64,000 nt of DNA from the human T2T-CHM13v2.0 reference genome, Homo sapiens. Shown piece by piece: positions 46,868 through 64,000 of the stretch. The notes beneath the pieces are model-generated. The model did not search any database. It worked only from the letters and a program-made list of their open reading frames with translations, and had not been told where the DNA came from. The stretch is taken from assembly GCF_009914755.1 (NCBI RefSeq), contig NC_060928.1. The stretch is one strand, 5' to 3'. Made by a program: the position numbers and the translations under genes. How positions within the stretch are numbered: the stretch's first letter is position 1; every line of letters begins with the position of its first letter.

Positions 46868-49256
46868 CCAGGAGAACCAATGGGATCCTTAGAAAACAAA
46901 AACAAAAGCAAAAATTTTTTGCTGTGATTGACAACTAGGTAACACGCTGGCTGCCTTTGTCCTGCCAGAAACTCCTCAAGGCTTACCCTACTGCAGACCA
47001 CACCAGGCTACAGACCCTGATCAGGAGAACTCCATCCCACCAGGTGAGAACCTCCCCTAGTGGTCCTTCTGCTGAGAGGATAAATATTTCAGTTTTCAAA
47101 CCACCAGGACTGCATTGATGCCATGTGGTAAGATAATTTTGGAAAATAAATTGGAAAGATGAAGTTTCTTTTCTAACATTCCCAAACTGTTATGTTTCTG
47201 AGATGGGCCACACTCCACTTAACATGTTAAAATACGTTGGAGCACTGAGCTTTACCCAAGGTTCATTATAGTGGAGACTTTGCATGATGAATTTGTTGAA
47301 GATGAGGGATTTGCAGCAATCCAAGGAGGTAATTCCCAGAGCCACCAGGCCATCGTAAGCATGTATGAATTGATAACCAGGGTGATCATTCTTGCAATTT
47401 CAGGCTGTGGATTTATGAACAATATCTCACCAGTGGATAATATCGGTTGTCAAGTGTATGTTTTATTACCCCTAGAACTCCCTTTTGTCTTTGCAAGTTG
47501 CTAGTGGATATCTCTGTTTTTTTTTTTTTTTTTCTCCTGGCTTCACAGAAATTTGGAAGGGGTTTATTTTATTTTTCTTCTTTTACCAGAGAAGTTAATA
47601 TTAATAGTAAGGAAAATTAAAAAGAATAAAATAAAGATAGCAGATAAAACATTATGAATAACCATTTCATCGGCACTTTAAATACTATGGAAAGGATTCT
47701 AAATGCATATTTTATTATCTGCAGCTAGTGTAGGAGGATCTTGTATAATATGTCAGAAGCATGCTTTCTCCGTCTGAGTTATTATCAGAGTTGGGATAAA
47801 ATTTTCTGCTACATGTCTCTAGCCTCCCGTTGTCCAAAAGTTCCATGAAGGAAGAGACCATATCTATCTTGATCGCCTCCATATCTTTAATGTCCAAAAC
47901 AGTGCCTGGCAGAGTTGCCAAATAATTAATGTGTTCATCCATCACAGTTAGTCTCTAATTGCTGGATGACTGAGCTCACTGGATAGGCTCATATCAAGTC
48001 AGGCAGATAGGATCCAGGAAAAAGGATGATCCTAAATGTAAGGTGCAGGCAAGAAAAACCAGACATAAGTAAGTTCTGAGTTGTTAGAATTATATGACTC
48101 CTTAGAGTCTTAGATGCTTAGATGTGGGAAACCAACAACAAGCTAAGACAAACATGAAGAACCCAGCCAGGAAATAGGTAAGGATCATCTTCCAAATCAA
48201 TAGAGAAATGAGTGTTGCCAGGGAATGTTTTTCTTGATTCCTAAGTTTTCTTCTCTGTGGACGAATTCCCATTAAGGTGATACTTCTCGCCTCTCTCTGC
48301 CTTCTCATTCACTCCATCTGGGGAATGTGGGGAGGTGAGAAGGGTGATGAAATCTTATCAGAGAGCTTGAAATTTAGAAGGTGAAACTTGGGCATGTGTA
48401 GCCAGCCCCTTCCCTTCCTCTTCCTGTTCTTGAATACAAGCTCTACAGGGAATGTGTGTTCTACTCAGCTTCTCCAAGGGGAGCCTCTGTCCTATAGGCT
48501 GACCAAGTGCTGGTGACTGGGTGGGTAAGTCTACTTGTTCCTGTACTTGATAGTATAAAAGTTATTTGCCTGAAGACATAAGCCATGTTCTCCAGTAACT
48601 GTTTATACCAGAATTATAGATGGCATCTTTTACATCTACCTTTGTCTTATTTCTCAATTGGTTCAGAACTTAAACGCTTTATCACGGTGTCCTTTGTTGG
48701 AATCTAGATTCACTGACTAATAGTTGGCAGGTGGCAAATGAACATCAACCCAATTCAACTCCACAAACTCTTTTCACACATCTACTACGTGTACAGCACT
48801 GTGTTGTGTTTCAGAGAGATTACAGCAATAACCAAGAAAAATTTTCAAGCCAGGCCAGGGGTACCTATATAACATTCTAGACTCATAACGGGGGAGCATA
48901 TCTCTGAGGTCATGGCAACTGATTCACAAACAAAAGCCAACTGCCCAGTTTCAGGTTTATATATCCAGACTCTTTAGTTGACCTGGGAACTTGGCAGCCC
49001 CAGATGCATCTTGTAACATGAGCTCTGTAAGGGCAAGAACTCTGCCTTAGACTCTGTCTTGGTCCCAGAGGGTAGAGCAAGGCATAGCCTATAGCATGAT
49101 AATGGATGGTTGAAGAGAGGGATGGATGGCTGAATTCTGCAGGATAGAAGATGTGTGTCGAGAAGATAAAAATTGCCTCCACCTCACGTGATCATAAAGG
49201 CAAGTTAGAAAGAGTTTGGGGTCTCCCAAAAATTATGCTTCTAAATCAATTCTATA

Positions 49257-49582
49257 AACTTATTTATTTTAATTTAATTTTACTTTTTTTCAGAGACAGG
49301 GTCTTGCTCTGTTACCCTGACGAGAATGCAGAGGTGCAATCATAGTTCACTGCAACCCTGAACTCCTGGGCTCAAACAATCCTCCCATCTCAGCTTCCCA
49401 AGTAGCTAGGACAACAGACCTGCACCACCACCCCAGCTAATTTCTTTTATTTTTATTTTTTGTAGAGACAAGGTCTTGTTATTTTGCCCAGGCTAGTCAA
49501 TAACTCTAGGCCTCAAGCAATCTTTCCACCTCAGCCTCCCAAAGTGCTAGGATTACAGGTGTAAACCACTGTGCCCTGACCA
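49257..49582 (-). mobile_element. AluJ
   Basis: gagacagggtcttgctctg...atcatagttcactgcaaccctgaactcctgggctcaa...caaagtgctaggattacaggtgt. Confidence 0.92.
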
Positions 49583-49684
49583 ATTATGTAAATCAAGAAA
49601 GAGGTTGTCAAAAATAATATAGTGGGAATTTTTCTTAGATTAAAAACCATATTTCAACACTAGAAGTAAAGATGCTTTGAAATA

Positions 49685-49756
49685 TTATGTTGGTGCAAAA
49701 GTAATTGTGATTTTTGCAATTAAAAAGTAACCGCAATTACTTCTGCACCAATCTAA
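49685..49756. mobile_element. MADE1 (Hsmar1-derived MITE)
   Basis: Terminal inverted repeats ttatgttggtgcaaaagtaattg / caattacttctgcaccaatctaa, flanked by TA on both sides; about 8 nt shorter than the 80-bp consensus. Confidence 0.93.
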
Positions 49757-51018
49757 TAAAAGCAGATGTCTGCTAAGTAGGTGGATAACAAATCTATACA
49801 AAGAGGCTACTGCCACTTCCTTCAATAAATCTTTTGTTTTGCCTTTGCGGCCAGTGAATAATCAGTGGAATAGTGAAGCTGTTTGATAGGGAAAGCTACT
49901 CTGATATTCTAGATAAGTGGGCCGGATACCAGTTGGAAAAGCAACACTGAGTGCTTAGTTAGAGAAACTACAGATTAGATGATATATTTCAAGGGGAACA
50001 AATAAAGAGAAAAACAAAAACTATAAATTTCTGGCACACAGAAGATCTTCAATAATTATTGGTTGAATGACATAAATGAACCAGATACTTGCTTACAAAA
50101 AGAAAGCCAGGATAGATACAAATCACAAAGATGAGGCAGTGTTTAGAGTTATGGGAAATAGCGATAGCAAAATTTTCCTTCTTCATCCAAGGTCTCTTGA
50201 GACTTCAGGATACCTTGGGGATTAAAGACAAGATATCAAGAAGAACAACAGCTATTGGCTGGTTTTGTATGGAGGTTCTGAATGAAAAGCTTTAAAGTTC
50301 AGCTTTTTCTCTGCAGATAGAAACTATTAAGGGGTTTGAGCAAGGCAGGAGCAGATCTGGATTTAAATATTTCACAGCTTTAAATGTCTATTTTTTAATA
50401 GTCCAGTAGTGCTTAATTTTCCCTGTTAATATTCATGTTGAATTGCTGAGAAACTAAGATGGGATTTTATCGCTCTAGCGTAGAGTGAAAGCATTTGCTT
50501 ATGGGGGAAACACTCCAATCTCTATGTGCCAAAAATAGTTGCCTGTAATTTTAGATACTTTGTCTTCAAAAACAGTGTCTCCAAAAGCTATTGTCCCAAA
50601 GTTTGTGATCCTGTATAATGATCTCAACTCTGATTAACTTATCATTCTGTCAGTGTTCAATTTTACCACGTTTATTTTTCTATATATACCACTAGACACT
50701 TTGAGCCAACCCCCAAAAGATGATCACTATTCTATTCCAAAACCAAACCTATGACTAGAATGCATGCTTCAAGAGGGAGGCCCTTGTCTTTTTATTTATT
50801 CCTGTCTCAGTATCCAGCCAATTTCCTGGAATGCAGCAGGCATTCAATAAATATTCTTTGAATAAAAAAAGTAAATGATGACTGCTGCAAATTTAGTAAA
50901 ATAACACACATTGAGAGTAAGTAGAGAAAGCTAGAGGAGAAAAAAGAACATATACAGTAAACAAAAAAGACAAAATGTTCTGCAAAGAAATGCCATTTAA
51001 TTGCTTTTAAACATATTA

Positions 51019-51438
<420 letters not shown>

Positions 51439-51799
51439 TCATGTAAAATGCATGGCTTGAAAGCTGCTTAAAGTGCTTGAAATATACATACACACACACA
51501 CACACACACGTTTTATTTATATATTTAAAGAGCTTAACAGTCCCTTAACTCTACTGCTACCATATTTTCCATTATTCATTTGTAAGCAAACTGTTTTCAG
51601 CCCCATAGAGAAAATAATTTCACACTAAATCAGATTCCTATAATTCTGAATTTGAGGTGTTCAAAAAGCAGAGATCCTACCACAACTACAATATGCTGTT
51701 CGCAACAGCCTCTCCTTGCCACCTCCCTCCAAACTCTTTTTTGCCAGTTCTAGCTTCACAAAGGTACCAGTACCATTATTGTTATTACAAATTATGTTA

Positions 51800-51980
51800 A
51801 TAAAATTTTATTGCATTAGGGATTTTTGTTATCTATGTAGATTTTAGCTGCACTTGTCATACACAAGAAAGAAGTAACTATGTGAGACGAACATTAATCT
51901 GCTTCACTATAGTAATCATTGTTACACAGTGTAGCATCCCGTAACACCATCTTAAACCTCAAAACTGCACACTGAAATTT
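51800..51980 (+). mobile_element. Old L1/HAL1-type 3' end fragment
   Basis: gtagattttagctgcacttgtc...gtaactatgtgaga...gcttcactatagtaatc resembles L1M/HAL1 termini. Confidence 0.55.
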
Positions 51981-52116
51981 GTGTTTTGTTTTGGTTTTTA
52001 TAGAGGCAGGGTCTCACTATGTTGCCCAGGCTAGTCTCAAACTCCTGGGCTCAAGCAATACACCTGCCTCAGTCTCCCAAAGTGCTAGGATTACAGGCAT
52101 GAGCCACCATGCCAAG
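51981..52116 (-). mobile_element. Free left Alu monomer (FLAM) or AluJ left arm
   Basis: tagaggcagggtctcactatgttgcccaggctagtctcaaactcctgggctcaagc...attacaggcatgagccaccatgcc; monomer length. Confidence 0.88.
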
Positions 52117-52689
52117 TTACACAGTAAAATTTTTAAAATAAATAAATAAACAAAAAATAAAAAATATATAAAATGTTGGTAACTACATTTTTTATTATGT
52201 GCTCGTCATTGGATTAAGTGTTTTGCCTACACTATCTTCAATAATCTCAATGACTTTACACAGAAGATAGTATTACTATCCCAATTTTATATAAAAAAGA
52301 CTGAGGCTTAGACAGCTAAAGATCGCACATGTAGAATATCTGACTCCAAAATCAATCATTGGTCAATAATATATCTAATGCCATGTCTCTTACTGTGTAG
52401 GACCATTATGTGTCTCTTGAAATCTGATTTAACTTTATTCACAATTGAACCACCACCACACCTATCCAGCATGGTCTCTTCCACATTATAAATGAGCAAT
52501 GAAAGTTTTGCTAGATTGACACCATTTTATGAATAAAGGCTAAAAAAGTACAATTTACTGTATTTAAAGTAGTAAAAGAATTTGTTTCTCTGGGTAGAAT
52601 TTCAAAGAAAATACAATAGTATCTGTTTAGGATGGTTAAAATACTCAGAGCTTAAAGATCAATCACCTAGTCTAACCATCTACTAAAGG

Positions 52690-53272
52690 TATCTGGCCAA
52701 GTTCTCTCATCTTTGAAACCTTTCAATGGCTCCCCATTGTGCTCAAGATGAGGTCGGGACTCCTTAATGTGACTTGCAAGGATCTTTCATGACCTGATCC
52801 CCGCTTACCTCTTTTGCCCCATCACCTGCTAGTCCCCTGCATCCTCATGCTATTTTCTCTGCATCATCTCATACCTCTCTCTAAGTCCCTGCAGCCCACC
52901 CCACATCACAATCAGTCTTGCTCCAGCAGCACAGAACTTCTTATAGCCCCTTTGAATCAGATATCTCTCCCTTGCTTTTGAGTTTTAGTTCATAAAGTTC
53001 CATCTGCTTGAAGTGTTTTCTCTGATTAATTTATACTTTAATAACCTCTTCCAGGAAATTTGGAGAAAGGATCACTCAGCAGAGCTTCTGCTATTCCTTC
53101 TCCTCAGTAGTGACAGAGCACTTCTCCCACTGGATTGAACTATTGACATGATTGTTCTTCATGAGACTGTAAGCTCTTTGAAGACAAGGACTTCAAACTG
53201 TCTGACTCATTGCTGTATCTCCACAATACCAGGGATGGAGTAGCCTTGATACATATTTGGTGAATAAATGAG
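52690..53272 (+). mobile_element. L2 3' fragment
   Basis: aaacctttcaatggctccccattg...agactgtaagctctttgaagacaaggac...catatttggtgaataaatga. Confidence 0.8.
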
Positions 53273-55370
53273 TTACACCTAAAAGCCCGGATGGCCAGTC
53301 AGTACTCTTCCTTGAATATATCAGCTTCTCAACTGCGAAAAACACAAATGCAATAAAGTCTTTGGGCAGTACAGTTTTCTGAATACTGGGAAGGGTTCTT
53401 GCACAGAAAGCAGTTTAAGACACCCTGAAAACTTACGGAAGTTTAAGCACACTCCCAAAGCCTGCTAATTTCCATGGCTTCTCTTAGTGATGGAAAAGCA
53501 CTTCTTGATTCCAGCATGCTGTTTCATCATCATTGTAAAGAGTGTCTCCAATGTCTCCTACTCCTCACAGCCTCTGCATAAAACCACTGGTCCCCGCTGT
53601 TCTGTTCCAGAATTGCAGAATGCTCCAGTAAGAATGGTCTTCTTACTGGACCATCCTGTCCAACACTGGTTTGTGTTGGACACAACCTATATCACTGATT
53701 TGTGATATAGGTTGATACAGGACAGGGAACCAAAATCCTTAAAGGCCACTAGGTAGAGGGCAGCACACTGCATATTTGATTGAACCAAGGCTTTGTGCAT
53801 TATCTTATTCTATTGATAGCACAACCCTATGAGGTTGGCAGTCATTAACCCCTTTGTATAAATGAGGGAAATGAGAATTAAAGATGATAAGTTGTGCAGT
53901 GTCACACACTGGCTAGTACATCTAATGTTCTCTTTCCATCTGCCTCATTTTAATTAGACATCCAAACCACCTCATTTTAATCAGAATACACGTTAGTTAC
54001 TAGACTACTTGGAGAACATGAGATTTTTACCTTTATCACCAATTGAAGTCCCTGGTTCTTGTTTGCACTTATCTTATTCTTTCTCTCTCTGTTTTGCAGT
54101 GGCAGAATGTCACATGTCAAAAAAGTACTGCCATGGGAGACACATCATCATAAAGCCTAAAGTTTGAAATTGGTCACGAATGACCAGCATATGTCAACAA
54201 CTTTGAAAATACCTATTCCCAAATCACACTAGCTAGACACTTCACTTCAGTGCTTGAAATCTAGCCAGGTTCTCACAGAGAAATCAGGCAAATACAACTT
54301 GCACTTATTTCCAGTTCCCAGCTCTGGCTAAGCTTCATTTTATTGTAAATCATCACAGATTTTTTTTTTTCATTTACTAGCTCTGTGACCTTGGACAAGT
54401 TGCTTTACCTTGCTGTGTCCTGGTTTTCTCATCAATAAGTAGGAATAATAGTCCCTACCTCAAGTGGCTACTGATTAGATATGGTAACATGTAATGTCCT
54501 CATCAGAGTGACTCTCAATGAAGATCAGGTAGTCTTGTTTGTGACATATATGAGCCTCGGCAGCAAGCCTCTCCTACTGCTTACTGTGAAAGGATGCCAA
54601 CACCTGGATGGAAACGCTGCAGAAGACAGATCCATTAGATAGCCATGAAAGGAGATCTGGACTATAGACAAAGGATTCTCCAGAAACTGCAAGGAGACAG
54701 AACACAGAGAACTGTACCTTAGCTATCTTAAAGGTTACTGCTGCTGTGTTAAAAAAAAATCCTTCTGGTGGGGCCATATGAAGTACCCACTCTCAACGCC
54801 TCCTTCCCCAACGGCTGCATATTCATAGTCAGGGCTTCTTGGCAGTGAGACACACACCATGAGTCACACTGGGAGGTCAGTGACGAAACCATTATTCCCT
54901 TCAGTGTCATCCCCACCCCACCACAATTCCACTTTTGATTTGACACGTTATATGCTTAAAACATCTGGAAGTAAATCATCATCGAAGATACTATAAATGT
55001 GTGTGGTAATTATTGATGTGGCCCATACTACTGGGAGCAGTGTGCTTCTGTTCTTTTCCAGTTCAGTGAAAAAGGGGTTATAAATGTTAAAAACATTAGA
55101 CTCCCCCAGTCCACTCTTCTATACAAGTGACTATTCTCCCAGGTGCTTGTGGGGAGCTCACTCTACCTTCTGGAAAGAAGGAAGGGAAAACTAACATTTA
55201 TCATTATCATCATCATCGTCATCATTATTTTTTGGCTGCTATCTCTTATGTGTCAGGTCTTTTACATCAACTATCTCCATTTTATGGGTAGAAAACCCAA
55301 GCCTCAGAAAGATTAGATTACTTTCCTAAGCGTACACAGACACTAAGTGACAAAGAGTCAGGATTCCTGG

Positions 55371-55563
55371 TGTGGTAGGCAGCCTCCAAGATGGCCCCAG
55401 AGACCCCTGCCTCCTGGTATTCACCACCCTTGTGAAATCGCTTCTCTTTGTGTGTTGGCTGAATTTAGTGACCTGCTTCTAGCAATAAAATAGAACATGA
55501 GAGAAGCGATGGGATATCATTTCCAAAATTAGGTTACAGAAAGACTGTGGCTTCCATCATGGG
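55371..55563 (+). mobile_element. MaLR LTR 5' part (MLT1E/F-like), truncated
   Basis: tgtggtaggcagcctccaagatggcccc...cctcctggtattcac...ttaggttacagaaagactgtggcttccatc. Confidence 0.8.
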
Positions 55564-56347
55564 TGACTTAGCACATATTCCACTGAGGGGTGGGATAAAC
55601 TGACTTGTGAGGACTGGCCTGAACACCTGGCCACTGCTAACACAGAGGGCCAAGCTGCTGGAGTCAAATCAACGTGCACATGGGGTTTATGAGTCAAATT
55701 CTGCCCCTTTTCACCATGCCTGCACGGTTAAAGAAATCCACTCTGATTCCATGTGGCCAATTCCAACCACTCATCAGTGAGCCAGGATGTCCCCAAGTTC
55801 AACATAAGGAAAGAGAAACGAGGCTGCATTTCAAACGGTTTGGGTGCAGTGAAACTGGATGGCACATCATGCCTAGTACCTCTTCTTTTAACTTCTAAAC
55901 GCTTGTAAACTCTGTGTGAATCAGAAATATACGGGTTGCATTACTCTGACTCAATTCATCAGAATGTTGTTTTGCAAGGATTACGTGAATTCCAGGAAGG
56001 CCTTGAAAAATAGCATTCTTTCATCTCATGCCCCAAAAGCTCCCAACAGGATGGATTCCCAAAACCCAAGATGTTGCCATTTGACTTAGAACTTCTCCAG
56101 GAGAAGCTCACCATCTATTCAGCTCCTACAGAGGGCCCTGGACTGAAGGTACTGATTTTCCAAATTGATAGTGTATTTGCATCAGATCCATCTTCCTATG
56201 ATTTGGGGATGAGAAAGGTAACTTTTGGGAAAGACCCTTCTCAACTTTTTTTGCCTGACAAAACACTACCCGTCCTCTGGTGAGTTAAATCTTTTTTTTT
56301 TTTGTCCTGTACCATTCGAGAAAGCCTCTCTTAAATTTGAGTCACCC

Positions 56348-63016
<6,669 letters not shown>

Positions 63017-63849
63017 AAAATTGAGTCACCCACATCCCTGTCCTTTCAATAGTTGTCACTTACACCAAGATAGTAAATGGATTCCAGCTCATGAATTAAA
63101 TTCAAATGGTTGGGAGTCAGAGCTTGAGTCCCGTGTTGAGAAGGATTCTGGAGCCAAGACAAGGATACCTTGTATTATCATCAGTTAAAAGAGTTTAAAG
63201 ATTGACTTTGGGCGTTTGCTTTAGACACAGGTGAAGGGAGTTATCCATGCAAACCCTATATTTGCTGTTCTTGGTTTGTGCTATAATGCAGTCATGCCCT
63301 TAAGGACTGTTGAAAGATGTGTGGGGATGTTTTGTCTATAGCAAACCATTACAGAGTTTATGCTTTTGAATTCTCATGCTGGGGGAGAAGGAAAAGAAAA
63401 AAAAATAATAAAAATAGATCCCATACCTCTCTTTTTGTTACACCATCACCTGACTCTTTTTGTGCAGGTTTGCCCTTGGTAGCTACTCCACCCTCCTATA
63501 TGTGCTGTTTCTAATCTTCTATCAGTTAGCAAACCATGTAATCAAGCCCTTTGGAAAGAGTCAATATGATTCCAGGTCAGGGCTCACGGTCTATAGTATA
63601 GGTGAAATGTAAGAGCTTTGCCTCGCTGGATTTGTTGTTTCTGTTTTGGAGGCTCTGGTCTTCATTTTTAATGTCCTAGTTTCTCAGGTGTCTTCTAGAC
63701 GAGTGGAGGCTCTCACTGAGAAGTGGCCAATAGAGATTGATTATATAAGTGATGGGCCATGTAGAACATTTGCAGAGTTAAGGATTGTTTTATATGAAGG
63801 CATATGCCATATAAAACACCACCACAAATTACTAAAGACCCAGTTGAGT

Positions 63850-63995
63850 TACACTGGGGCAAATCCTAAAAGTCATTGTCATGTTATCCCAGTTTTACAG
63901 AAGAAACTGCTAAGGCTCAGGGAGCTGCGGTGGCCTGCTTAGGACCACACCACAACGTCAGTGACAGAGCTGAGCTTCCAGTCCACTTGGGTGCA
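63850..63995 (-). mobile_element. MIR
   Basis: ttatcccagttttacagaagaaactgctaaggctcagggagctgcggtggcctgcttaggaccacac. Confidence 0.7.
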
Positions 63996-64000
63996 TAAGG

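Overview
Human genomic DNA (it carries a consensus-like, human-lineage AluYa5) from inside the LDB2 (LIM domain-binding 2) gene, which runs on the minus strand. Three coding exons of the dimerization-domain/LCCD region are present with canonical AG/GT ends and compatible phases: 23433-23605, 16449-16571 and 13675-13758 (probably exons 3-5). The rest is intron, dominated by retroelements: a 5'-truncated L1MA, two decayed full-length primate L1s (L1PA8A-like with a nested AluYa5; L1PA8-like with a nested younger L1), Alus, MaLR LTRs, MIR/L2 relics, a MADE1 MITE and microsatellites. No prokaryote-type system (CRISPR, operon) and no intact retrotransposon is present. Best leads: (1) a candidate alternative first exon 830 bp upstream of exon 3 whose strong-Kozak ATG would splice in frame into LDB2 and give an N-terminally truncated isoform; (2) a 57-bp L2-like piece captured right after the RT FADD motif of a much younger L1; (3) an ORF0 homologue with a retained splice donor facing the LDB2 exons. 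Repeat subfamily names come from remembered consensus sequences, and boundaries of old repeats are approximate.
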